Below, one piece after another: positions 29,562 through 38,268 of a DNA stretch of 64,000 nucleotides. The first letter of the stretch is position 1. Every line of letters begins with the position of its first letter. The stretch comes from Fibrella musci (lineage in GTDB: Bacteria; Bacteroidota; Bacteroidia; Cytophagales; Spirosomataceae), in the NCBI RefSeq assembly GCF_041321105.1, contig NZ_JBGGWD010000005.1, positions 8,544-72,543 of the forward strand. The letters run 5' to 3'. The notes below the pieces were generated by a model that saw only the letters and a program-made list of their open reading frames with translations, did not search any database and was not told the DNA's origin. A program made the position numbers and the translations under genes.

Positions 29562-29656
29562 TCGGGGCGTATTAATTGACTGGATGTGCCGGATTGAGGG
29601 GCCAGCTTAACTATCGACAAGATACGGCATCCGGCTGAGGAAAACGCCCTATTCGG

Positions 29657-30706
29657 TCAGTTGTCGGTAGCTGGCGAGACCACTGGCTCAGGATTAGGCC
29701 CATAGGCGGCTAACCCGGCTTGCAGCCGTTTCTGGATGCTATGGCGCAGCCGGGCGGGCTCGAGCACCTGCATGCCATCGCCAAAGCCCAGGATTTCTTT
29801 TTCCAGTTCGAAGTTGTGCTGCACTAGCAGTTCGATCAGGATACCGGCTTCGGTTCGCTCCAGCACCCGTTGCGAATGGTGCAGGGGTTTGGTTTCGACG
29901 TAGGGCGCGTGGCGGGCGATCACGAAGAGCTTCACGCGAACGGGCCGCAGATTTTCGCTCACCGTGACGCCGATGACGTGCCGGTAATAATGGTCGGGGT
30001 CGATGTGCTCGTTGGGTACGTAGTCGGCGGAAGTATCTACGCTGAGCGACAGCATCCGGTCGAGGGCCAGGTTGTTGAGCATCCCTTTGCCGTTGCGCAG
30101 ACCAACGGCAAACCAGCGGTTTTTAAACTCCTTGAGCCACCAGACGTGAAAGGTAAACGTCTGCGGAGCGCGGGCCGAAAACGACTGATACTCGATTCGG
30201 AGCGCCCGTTTCTGAATTACCGCCTGGTAGAGTTCGTCGAGCAGGTGAAGGCCCCGCAGGTTATCGTTCTTCTCGAAGTCGATCACCCGCGCCGACTTCT
30301 GAGCAGTGGCATAGACGTGATCTTCCAGCTTCTGCACCACCTCGTTGAGTGCCGAAAAATGCGAGAAGCCCCGAAATTGTTTCAGCACCTCTACGGCTTC
30401 ATTCATCCGCGACAGATCGCCATCCGACAGTGGAATGTTAGTGATGCTGTAGGTGGGATCGTCGTAGGTGTAGTACTTTTTGTCGATCACCACGATGGGC
30501 GCAAAATAACCCAGTTTGTCGCTGCGCATCAGTTGCAGATCGGCCTGCACAGTGCGGCGGCTGATGCCTTTGTCGATGCCTTCATACTCGTACAGGGCTT
30601 CGGAGACACGCTCGATCAGGTCGTCGAGCGTCCATTTGCGTTGCCGGTTGCGCAGGCAGACGTCCAGCGTTTTATAGCGAATAAGGGCGTTTCGGTTGGT
30701 AGGCAT
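29657..30706 (-). CDS. HTH plus WYL domain transcriptional regulator
   Basis: N-terminal wHTH-like region (RYKTLDVCLRNRQRKWTLDDL) with architecture similar to WYL-family regulators. Confidence 0.55.
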   Translation of the reverse strand: MPTNRNALIRYKTLDVCLRNRQRKWTLDDLIERVSEALYEYEGIDKGISRRTVQADLQLMRSDKLGYFAPIVVIDKKYYTYDDPTYSITNIPLSDGDLSRMNEAVEVLKQFRGFSHFSALNEVVQKLEDHVYATAQKSARVIDFEKNDNLRGLHLLDELYQAVIQKRALRIEYQSFSARAPQTFTFHVWWLKEFKNRWFAVGLRNGKGMLNNLALDRMLSLSVDTSADYVPNEHIDPDHYYRHVIGVTVSENLRPVRVKLFVIARHAPYVETKPLHHSQRVLERTEAGILIELLVQHNFELEKEILGFGDGMQVLEPARLRHSIQKRLQAGLAAYGPNPEPVVSPATDN

Positions 30707-30844
30707 AATGGCACGCGGATGACATGGATTTTAAGGATGATCGCGGATTTTATGCTTATGATAGCCAATCCTTTTCATCCAGACGCGCACTCTTAAGTCG
30801 TAAGCTGCGGTCCCATCCATCATTCAATTTTTGTAAAAATTTTT

Positions 30845-30871
30845 CATCTGCGCAAAAAGACTGCGCAGATG
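30845..30871. promoter_or_regulatory. 10-bp inverted repeat CATCTGCGCA-N7-TGCGCAGATG upstream of the WYL regulator
   Basis: Perfect palindrome ~140 bp upstream of the start codon. Candidate operator. Confidence 0.4.
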
Positions 30872-31034
30872 GCCTAAACCTTTGTCGTAGTGAAAGCGCC
30901 GATGGCCAGCCCGGACGAGGGTTTCTGCAGGGCCCCGTAGTATCGCAGCCGCTGGCTGATCCCGATATGCTGCTGGTAGCAGGTGGCTGCACTATTAGAT
31001 CTGTGGGTTGGGGGTTCAAGTCCTCCCTCTGTTT

Positions 31035-31089
31035 CGGCAGGGTAGCTCAATGGTAGAGCAACAGCAAAATGCAGGTTCGAATCCTGCTA
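31035..31089 (+). other. tRNA-like remnant: acceptor/D-arm and T-arm present, anticodon arm absent. A further T-arm-like fragment lies at 31010-31034.
   Basis: GGCAGGGTAGCTCAATGGTAGAGCA then directly GCAGGTTCGAATCCTGC. The 3' strand TATCAAC does not pair with the 5' end. Confidence 0.3.
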
Positions 31090-31442
31090 TCAACCTGTAA
31101 AGTTGATCCATGGATGGGAAGTCGACCGCTTCTAAAAATGGTCACTCGATAATTGGATCGGTCAGCCACGATCCGGTGGCGGTTGGGTTCGCCCGACCAC
31201 CACAGCTTAGTCAGCGCCAGCGGGCCGGTAACGCGGCTGGGGCGGGCTTGGCGGCGGTAACCGGGTTGTTGGCTGGGTACGTTGGTTCGTCAGACAGCGT
31301 TGCGTCTGATGGGGCCGGCCTCCTCGCCAACACAGGTTCCCAATGCCTCGCACCAAAGCAGTCGCCGCGTCGGCTTCCGCGTGGGCTAGGCGGGTCGCTG
31401 GCTGATCGGTTTTTTAATGAATTACCTTAAACACCATTTGCA

Positions 31443-32558
31443 ATGAAAACGGTACGCATCCTGGCTCATCAGATTGGGCTTGTATTTAAACATGGCGGCT
31501 ACAAAAAAAAGCTGTCGGCGGGCAACCACTGGGTTTGGTCCAACGAAACCGTCTATGTCTACAATCAGGGAGAGCCGTTCCAGAACCCACCCTGCGAGCT
31601 GGCCCTGTTGCTGGCTCACCCGGAGGTCGCCGCGGCCCTTGATGTAATAGACGTCAACGACAACGAAATCGCGCTGCAATACGAGCGGATCGCCGGGTCG
31701 TCGACGGGTCTGTTTCAGACCATTCTGCGCAAAGGCCGCTGGGCTTACTGGAAGGGCGTGAAACAATACACCTACATCCGGGCCGATCTGAGCCAGTTGA
31801 CCATTCCGGCCGAGGTTGACCTGGCCTCGCTGATGCCGCAGCCGCTGTCGGCCTACGTGCGGACGTATTCCGTGGAAGCCCACGAGCAGGGCGTGCTGTT
31901 TGTCGACTGGCAATTTGATCGGGTGTTGACGCCAGGTACGTATCACTGGTGGAAAAACACCACGCCCATCCACGTCCTGAAAGTCGACATGCGGCAGCAG
32001 CAACTGGAGGTGTCGGGTCAGGAGATGCTGACCAAAGACAAAGCCTCGCTGCGGTTGAGCTTCTTCGTGCCCTATCAGGTACGTGACGTGCTGAAGGCGT
32101 TGGTCGACAACAAAGACTACGACAAGCAGTTATATGTTGCCGTGCAGCTGGCCCTGCGTGAATACATCGGTGGCCTGACGCTCGACGAGTTGCTGGACCG
32201 CAAAAACGACCTGGCGCCGTTTGTGCTGGCCGCCACCGCCGCTAAAGCTGCCGCGCTGGGTATCGAGTTGCGGGGCGGTGGGGTGCGCGACATCATTTTG
32301 CCGGGCGACATGCGCGACATCATGAATCAGGTGCTGATGGCCGAGAAAAAAGCGCAGGCCAACAGCATCATGCGCCGCGAAGAAACCGCTTCGACCCGTA
32401 GCTTGCTGAACACCGCCAAGCTGATGGAAGACAACGAGATGCTGTGGAAGCTGAAAGAGATGGAGTACGTAGAAAAAATCGCCGACAAGATCAATTCTAT
32501 TTCCGTGTCCAACGGCGGCCCGATCGTCGATCAGTTGAAGCAATTGTTTGTGAAGTAA
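31443..32558 (+). CDS. SPFH/band-7 (stomatin/prohibitin-like) domain protein
   Basis: Central/C-terminal ...GGVRDIILPGDMRDIMNQVLMAEKKAQANSIMRREE... characteristic of SPFH proteins. Confidence 0.65.
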   Translation: MKTVRILAHQIGLVFKHGGYKKKLSAGNHWVWSNETVYVYNQGEPFQNPPCELALLLAHPEVAAALDVIDVNDNEIALQYERIAGSSTGLFQTILRKGRWAYWKGVKQYTYIRADLSQLTIPAEVDLASLMPQPLSAYVRTYSVEAHEQGVLFVDWQFDRVLTPGTYHWWKNTTPIHVLKVDMRQQQLEVSGQEMLTKDKASLRLSFFVPYQVRDVLKALVDNKDYDKQLYVAVQLALREYIGGLTLDELLDRKNDLAPFVLAATAAKAAALGIELRGGGVRDIILPGDMRDIMNQVLMAEKKAQANSIMRREETASTRSLLNTAKLMEDNEMLWKLKEMEYVEKIADKINSISVSNGGPIVDQLKQLFVK

Positions 32559-32670
32559 GTTACCCCCCGCCCTAAAGGGAGCCCGCTGGCGCACGAATAC
32601 GCCTACGGCGGAGCTACTAAAGCGCCAGCAGGCACCCTTTAGGTGGTCCGGCATTCCGGCGGGGGGTAAC
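32559..32670 (+). promoter_or_regulatory. Large multi-stem structured element between the SPFH stop and the rtcB start
   Basis: Outer 13-bp arms GTTACCCCCCGCC/GGCGGGGGGTAAC. Nested stems CCTAAAGGG/CCCTTTAGG and GCTGGCGC/GCGCCAGC, plus small hairpins CGCC-TAC-GGCG and CCGG-CATT-CCGG. Followed by an A-rich tract rather than a U-tract. Confidence 0.5.
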
Positions 32671-32694
32671 CGCACCAAAAAACAAAACCATCCC

Positions 32695-34230
32695 ATGGAA
32701 ACCTCCTTTTCTCTTGACGAATTACTGGCGCTGGGGCCGATTCCCGAGGCGCTGCAACCGGCGTTTCTGCGCGTAGCCAACGGGCTGACGCAACGGGCCG
32801 AATACCCTAAAGCGTACGTACTGGGTTTGCTGGCGCAGTTGCTCCAGAATCCGAAGAAGTTTGCCTATTCGAAAAACAAAGTCACGAACCTGGCCCGGTC
32901 GGTGTATGAACTGAGTCAGCAGGGTGTTAGCATTCCGCTGAGCGAAACCGGGGCAACGTACCTGCCCGCCGAGCCCGCGCCATACGTACTAAACACCGAT
33001 CAGAAACAGACCGAAACCGCCTTCGATCTGCGTGAGGGACCACTCCCCTACGCGGTCTTCGGGCGCGATTTCATCGAAGAAGGCGCGCTGAAACAGATGC
33101 ACACGGCTGCGAGCCTGCCGGTGTCGGTGGCGGGCGCGCTCATGCCCGACGCCCATCAGGGTTACGGACTGCCCATCGGCGGCGTATTGGCGACCGAGGC
33201 GAATACCGTGATTCCGTTTGCGGTGGGAGTCGACATTGCCTGCCGGATGTGCCTGTCGATCTTCGACCTGACGCCCGATTTTCTGAAGCGAGAACCGCAT
33301 TTGCTGAAAAAATCGCTGGTGGAGCAAACCAAGTTTGGCATCGGGGGCGAAACCCGCGAAAAGCTCGATGAAAGCGTGATGGATTTGCCTGAATGGCGCG
33401 CCACGAAGGTGATCCGGGACCTGAAAGACAAAGCCTACCGGCAGTTGGGTAGCTCGGGAACGGGCAACCATTTTGTGGAGTGGGGCATTGTGGAGGTGTA
33501 TGCCGACGAAGGCGCGGAGACCAGACTGAACCTGACACCGGGCGAGTACCTGGCCCTGCTGTCGCACTCGGGGTCGCGGGGTTTTGGCGGCAATGTGGCT
33601 AATTACTACTCGAAACTGGCCATGCAGAAGACGAAGCTGCCCAAAGAAGCGGCGCACCTGGCCTGGCTCGACCTGAACACCGAGGAAGGGCAGGAATACT
33701 GGATTGCGATGAACCTGGCGGGTGAATACGCTTCGGCCAATCACCACGAAATCCACCGGAAACTGGCCAAAGCCCTGCGTCAGAAACCACTGGTGATGGT
33801 CGAGAACCACCACAATTTTGCCTGGAAAGAGCAACTGGCCGATGGCCGTGAGGTGATCGTCCATCGCAAGGGTGCAACGCCCGCTGGTCCCGATGTGTTG
33901 GGGATCATTCCCGGCTCAATGACCCAACCGGGCTTTGTCGTGCGCGGACGCGGCAACGCCGAATCGATCAATTCGGCGTCGCACGGGGCCGGACGGCTGA
34001 TGTCACGTACCCAGGCGTTCAACAGCATCACCCGGTCGCAGTGGAACAAAGCGCTCGCCGACGCCGACGTGCAGTTGGTGGGTGGCGACCTCGACGAAGC
34101 GCCGATGGTGTACAAAGACATCGATACTGTCATTAACGCTCAACGTGATCTGGTATCGGTACTGGCGAAGTTTACGCCCAAAATCGTTCGGATGGCCGAC
34201 GCCAACCGGAAAGAAGGGCGCGAAGATTGA
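32695..34230 (+). CDS. rtcB: RNA-splicing ligase RtcB, with a ~100-aa N-terminal extension
   Basis: NHHNFAWKE...HRKGATPA and PGSMTQPGFVVRG motifs typical of RtcB. Confidence 0.85.
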   Translation: METSFSLDELLALGPIPEALQPAFLRVANGLTQRAEYPKAYVLGLLAQLLQNPKKFAYSKNKVTNLARSVYELSQQGVSIPLSETGATYLPAEPAPYVLNTDQKQTETAFDLREGPLPYAVFGRDFIEEGALKQMHTAASLPVSVAGALMPDAHQGYGLPIGGVLATEANTVIPFAVGVDIACRMCLSIFDLTPDFLKREPHLLKKSLVEQTKFGIGGETREKLDESVMDLPEWRATKVIRDLKDKAYRQLGSSGTGNHFVEWGIVEVYADEGAETRLNLTPGEYLALLSHSGSRGFGGNVANYYSKLAMQKTKLPKEAAHLAWLDLNTEEGQEYWIAMNLAGEYASANHHEIHRKLAKALRQKPLVMVENHHNFAWKEQLADGREVIVHRKGATPAGPDVLGIIPGSMTQPGFVVRGRGNAESINSASHGAGRLMSRTQAFNSITRSQWNKALADADVQLVGGDLDEAPMVYKDIDTVINAQRDLVSVLAKFTPKIVRMADANRKEGRED

Positions 34231-34306
34231 GGTCAGGAACCCGCTACTTGTCAATCAGCCCCCATTGATCGTCAGTGGGGGCTGATTTTTTAACGGCCAG
34301 ATCAGC

Positions 34307-35455
34307 CTACGAAATGGTTTTTAGTAAAACACCCAATAAAGCAGCACCGGCAATTAAATAAGGCTCGGGTAACTTGTTGAACCGCCACAAAAGCACGCCC
34401 GCCAGCAGGGCCAGGCATAGTGCAGGCCAGTCGGTCAGCTGCCGTCGACCCAGTACAACAACTGCCCCGGCAATGGCACCGACCGCACCAATGGTGATGC
34501 CATCGACGAAGGCCCGGATGCCGGGTCGTTGACCGTAGCGTTTGAAGTAAGGGGCGGGCAGAATCGTGAGCAGGTAGCAGGGCAAAAACGTGGCTAGGGC
34601 CGCTACGCAGGCACCAGCCCAGCCCGCCACCAGATACCCAATGAAAGCTACCGTGATGACCACCGGCCCCGGCGTGATCATGGCAACGGCCACCGCATCC
34701 AGAAACTGCTGCTCGTTGAGCCAGCCGTATTCCTTCACGACGCCCCCGTACAGAAACGGAACAATGGCCAGACCGCTACCAAAAACAAACGCGCCCGCTT
34801 TCCCGAAAAACAGGGCCAGTTTCCAGTAAATCGACCCCGGTGTCGCCAGCCCCCACAACTCTATAGTGGGCGACAACGTACCCAGACGGCTCAACTGTCG
34901 AAAATCGGGGGGCGATTTAACCAGCCAGTAGAGCACGCCCGCGCCCACGATAAGTCCGATCAGTTCCGTTTCCAGAACTGCCGTCGTTACCGCCGAAACC
35001 CCGAAAATCACCCAGCCTAGCCAATCGGCCGGGCGAACGGTTTTGAGGGTAAGCTTATACGTACCCATCGCAATAATGGCGATAACAGCCGCCCCGATGC
35101 CGTAAAAAATGGCCTGAATCCAGGCTAATCCGCCAAAGCGCACGTAGGCCCAGCCAATCGCCAGCACCATCAGAAAAGAGGGAATCACGAAGGCCACGCC
35201 AACGGCCGTTGCGCCAAGTATGCCGTAGTGTACGTAGCCCAGATAAATGGCCAGTTGAGCCGCCAGCGGGCCGGGTGCCAACTGCGCCAGCGCTACACCT
35301 TCACGGTAGTCGGCTTCGCTGATCCACTGGCGGGCTACCACCAGATCGCGGTGCATGTAGCCGATCAGGGCGGGTGGTCCACCAAAACCAACGGTTCCTA
35401 GTTTCAGGAAGTAAACCACCAGGTCACGGAGCGAATAGGTAGCGGTTGTATGCAT
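34307..35455 (-). CDS. chrA: Chromate transporter ChrA
   Basis: GGPPALIGYMHRDLV..., LAQLAPGPLA, and a duplicated CHR domain architecture. Confidence 0.8.
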   Translation of the reverse strand: MHTTATYSLRDLVVYFLKLGTVGFGGPPALIGYMHRDLVVARQWISEADYREGVALAQLAPGPLAAQLAIYLGYVHYGILGATAVGVAFVIPSFLMVLAIGWAYVRFGGLAWIQAIFYGIGAAVIAIIAMGTYKLTLKTVRPADWLGWVIFGVSAVTTAVLETELIGLIVGAGVLYWLVKSPPDFRQLSRLGTLSPTIELWGLATPGSIYWKLALFFGKAGAFVFGSGLAIVPFLYGGVVKEYGWLNEQQFLDAVAVAMITPGPVVITVAFIGYLVAGWAGACVAALATFLPCYLLTILPAPYFKRYGQRPGIRAFVDGITIGAVGAIAGAVVVLGRRQLTDWPALCLALLAGVLLWRFNKLPEPYLIAGAALLGVLLKTIS

Positions 35456-35458
35456 GGC

Positions 35459-36049
35459 TCAGAAAGAAACGCCGAACTGAAAACCGAGCGTGGCGCTGGT
35501 GGGGCGGTCGTTGCCAAAGCGAACGGGTAGTGGTATGGCCAGAAAATAATTCATCGGGCCGGGCCGACGGAAGGTTTTGTTCAATACCGGCGTAACCCCG
35601 TAGCGCCCACCGGTTTCAAACGCCAACCGATTAGCGAGCGTAAACCCTTTACCCAGGCCTACCAGCACACCCGGATGAAACAGCACATTGTTGACCCGGC
35701 TAATCCCCGCTTCGGATCGGATAAACGGCACGATTTCCAGCGAATAACCGATGTTGGCCGTTTTCCAGATGTTGACTCCGACGGGAAAACCAACCTGGTA
35801 AAAGCTTTTAAAATTGACCACCGGCGCATCCTGACTGAACGTCACGATCGGGTGAAGAATACCCTGATACAGCACCGTGCGGGGATAGTCATGGACGGGA
35901 GGTACCTGCTGGGCGTGCATCGCCAACGGGATCAGGGTTAACAACAGGCTGATAGTTAGCAGCCCGACAGGCCGAAAAAACAAAGCCTGACAATAAGTTG
36001 AGTAGCCGTAAAGCATGCGCGTAAACATAGCGTTGACTGGGCTCGGCAT
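35459..36049 (-). CDS. Hypothetical membrane/outer-membrane protein (196 aa), probably co-transcribed with chrA
   Basis: Hydrophobic signal-like segment and a beta-rich alternating pattern. 3 bp from chrA. Confidence 0.4.
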   Translation of the reverse strand: MPSPVNAMFTRMLYGYSTYCQALFFRPVGLLTISLLLTLIPLAMHAQQVPPVHDYPRTVLYQGILHPIVTFSQDAPVVNFKSFYQVGFPVGVNIWKTANIGYSLEIVPFIRSEAGISRVNNVLFHPGVLVGLGKGFTLANRLAFETGGRYGVTPVLNKTFRRPGPMNYFLAIPLPVRFGNDRPTSATLGFQFGVSF

Positions 36050-36115
36050 ACCAGAACCGAACCCGGTTACAAGGCTATGAACGCTTCGTTGGCTGGCATA
36101 GCACAGAATTGCCCT

Positions 36116-36239
36116 TTGGCCTATTCTTTACCTTTTTGGACCTGTTTTCGATAAGCCGACGGACTTATGCCGACCATTTTTTTGAACACGCGCGTGAAAT
36201 GACTCTGATCGGAAAAGCCCGTCAGGTACGCAATGTCGG
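36116..36239 (-). pseudogene. Orphan 3' fragment of an AraC-family gene (last 41 codons plus stop): direct repeat copy A
   Basis: About 95% identical to 37394-37517. Encodes ...DIAYLTGFSDQSHFTRVFKKMVGISPSAYRKQVQKGKE*. Confidence 0.7.
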
Positions 36240-36242
36240 AAG

Positions 36243-37349
36243 TTAGGTCGCTGTTTTGTCTTTGAGTACGTACACCGTTGCCCTTCCTTCACCCATCCGT
36301 TCCAGCATGCCCTGCTGCACCATGTATTGCAGGTCCTTTTTGAGCGTGTTCACCGACAAATCAGGCAGCAGCGCAGACAGATCGCTAACCTTGACAGGTC
36401 GATTCGCCTGGAACGACGCAACGACTCGCTGCTGTCGGGCATTGAGATAACCACCTTTATCTTTATACAGCGCATACTTATTGTTTAACCGATCAGTTAA
36501 CGTTTTCAAACAGTCGAGAAAGAAGATGATCCAATCGCCAATGAGCTCACGATCTGTTCCCCGATGTTGCTGACCCGCCATCAATGCCCGGTAATAATCG
36601 GCTTTCCGCTGCTCGATAATATTTTCAAACGACACATACTGGGCGAAGTCGTAGCCCATTTTCAACAACAGCAAGGTTGTCAATAATCGCGACAACCGGC
36701 CGTTACCGTCCTGAAACGGGTGAATAGAGAGAAACTCATAGACAAAAAGCCCGATAACCAGAAGCGGGTGAATTTGCTTGTTGCTTAAGGCCGCAGCCAC
36801 CCACCGGAGCATGTCAAACATCTCCGCTTCGATCAGGTGCGGCGCCGTCGTGTTAAATATGACCCGTTGTGTACCGTCCGGGTAGTTAGCCACAACCTGG
36901 TTCGAAAGGGCTTTGTAACTGCCCCGGTGCCGTTGGTCTTTATCGCTATAGCGAAGCAGGACACCGTGCAGCTGCTTTACGTAAGACTCGGTTAATTCGA
37001 TTGCTTTGGCATGGTCCAGAATCAGATCCAAGGCTTCATAATAGCCAAATACCTCTTGTTCATCGCGGGTTTTAAACTCGGTGACCTTTACACTCCGTAC
37101 CAGTTTTTCAACCTCCTCATTGGTTAAGATAGCCCCTTCAATGCGGGTGGATGACCCAATACTTTCGATAGTAGCGACTCGCCTTAACTCGCGCAGATAA
37201 CGGTTATTTTTTTGCTCGATAGCTTCCCATTTCCCCCGAAACGCGTCAATCAGGCCAATACGACGTATTATTTCCTGTGTTGCCGCAAAATCGAACTGGA
37301 GCTTGTGCTCAAATATCATATCCGTATTGTATCCGTATTGTATCCGCAA
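36243..37349 (-). CDS. fic: Fic/DOC family protein (AMPylator-type) with a C-terminal winged-helix
   Basis: HPFQDGNGRLSRLL Fic motif. The ORF-track start is a TTG; an ATG (MIFEHKL...) lies 10 codons later at 37317-37319. Confidence 0.8.
   Translation of the reverse strand: MRIQYGYNTDMIFEHKLQFDFAATQEIIRRIGLIDAFRGKWEAIEQKNNRYLRELRRVATIESIGSSTRIEGAILTNEEVEKLVRSVKVTEFKTRDEQEVFGYYEALDLILDHAKAIELTESYVKQLHGVLLRYSDKDQRHRGSYKALSNQVVANYPDGTQRVIFNTTAPHLIEAEMFDMLRWVAAALSNKQIHPLLVIGLFVYEFLSIHPFQDGNGRLSRLLTTLLLLKMGYDFAQYVSFENIIEQRKADYYRALMAGQQHRGTDRELIGDWIIFFLDCLKTLTDRLNNKYALYKDKGGYLNARQQRVVASFQANRPVKVSDLSALLPDLSVNTLKKDLQYMVQQGMLERMGEGRATVYVLKDKTAT
37321..37346. repeat. Tandem 11-bp repeat TCCGTATTGTA x2.4 at the Fic 5' end
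   Basis: tccgtattgtatccgtattgtatccg, immediately upstream of (or within the first codons of) fic. Confidence 0.6.
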
Positions 37350-37393
37350 ATGTATGATATACCTTGCTAGAAGATAAGCCTGTTGATTACCCG

Positions 37394-37517
37394 TTGGCCT
37401 ATTCTTTACCTTTTTGAACCTGTTTTCGATAAGCCGACGGGCTTATGCCGACCACTTTTTTGAACACCCGCGTGAAATGACTCTGATCGAAAAAACCCGT
37501 CAGGTACGCAATGTCGA
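37394..37517. repeat. Direct repeat copy B, the intact 3' end of the AraC gene
   Basis: 124 bp with 6 mismatches versus 36116-36239. The two copies bracket the fic gene. Confidence 0.7.
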
Positions 37518-38268
37518 GGAGCGAATGATCGGGCTCGCTGAGCAGTTGGATGGCTTTGTCGATGCGCAGTTTCCGGATGTATTCGCCAAAGGTCAGGTTG
37601 TCGAAGTGGGTGGCAAATTCCCGCGACAGGTAGGTCGGGTTTAGTTGCACCGCTTCGGAAAGGGCTTTAAGGCTGATGCCCGCCGGACCGCCGATCCGGT
37701 TAGTGTCGATATGGTCCTGAATCAGGGTTTCGAGTTCGCGAATCCAGCCGGGCGTTCGTTTCCGGGCTTTCTTCTGCGACGCCAGGTACGTTGCCATCAC
37801 CTGAATCAGGCGATTTTCGGTGGGGTTCTGCGTGTGCTTCTCGTGTTGCAGGTACGTTGCCCAGCTGTAGAGCGCATCGTAGAGGACCATGCCCTGCGCC
37901 AGCAATTCCTCGTCATTTTGCAGGTTATAGGCCAGCCCGGCCGAGATGGCCCACAGCCCGGCGGCCTGCTCGGCCAGGGCGTGATTATCGGTGTCGGCTC
38001 CGCGCACAATGGGTGCTATCGTGTGCAGAGCCGGATCACGCATGTCGTATTTTTTCAGGAAACAATCGAAGGTACAGTCGGTGCCGTAATGCGAAAACTC
38101 AACGCCAGGTACGTCGAAGGGCGTTGCGCCCAGGGCCTCAGCTTGGGTCAGCACATCGTCGGCAGGTACAAACACGATCTGGGCGTCGGGGTCGATAAAG
38201 CGGCGTATGAGCCAGGGGCAGGCGATGCGGTCAATCTTCGGGCGTTCGCGGGTGATCCAGATCATCAC
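37399..38268 (-). CDS. AraC family transcriptional regulator
   Basis: C-terminal HTH_18 region ...LDIAYLTGFFDQSHFTRVFKKVVGISPSAYRK. The start overlaps the permease stop by 38 bp, so the true start is uncertain. Confidence 0.7.
   Translation of the reverse strand: MMIWITRERPKIDRIACPWLIRRFIDPDAQIVFVPADDVLTQAEALGATPFDVPGVEFSHYGTDCTFDCFLKKYDMRDPALHTIAPIVRGADTDNHALAEQAAGLWAISAGLAYNLQNDEELLAQGMVLYDALYSWATYLQHEKHTQNPTENRLIQVMATYLASQKKARKRTPGWIRELETLIQDHIDTNRIGGPAGISLKALSEAVQLNPTYLSREFATHFDNLTFGEYIRKLRIDKAIQLLSEPDHSLLDIAYLTGFFDQSHFTRVFKKVVGISPSAYRKQVQKGKE

Noticed and set aside
31035-31089. Functional tRNA gene upstream of the SPFH gene
   Set aside because: An acceptor/D-arm and a T-arm are present, but the 11 nt between them cannot form an anticodon stem-loop, and the 3' strand does not pair with the 5' end. 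Kept only as a tRNA-like remnant.
31422-32003. 193-aa minus-strand ORF and other antisense ORFs over the SPFH and RtcB genes (32130-32780, 32989-33864)
   Set aside because: They are antisense to well-supported genes with conserved motifs. Their translations are Arg/Gly-rich with no features.
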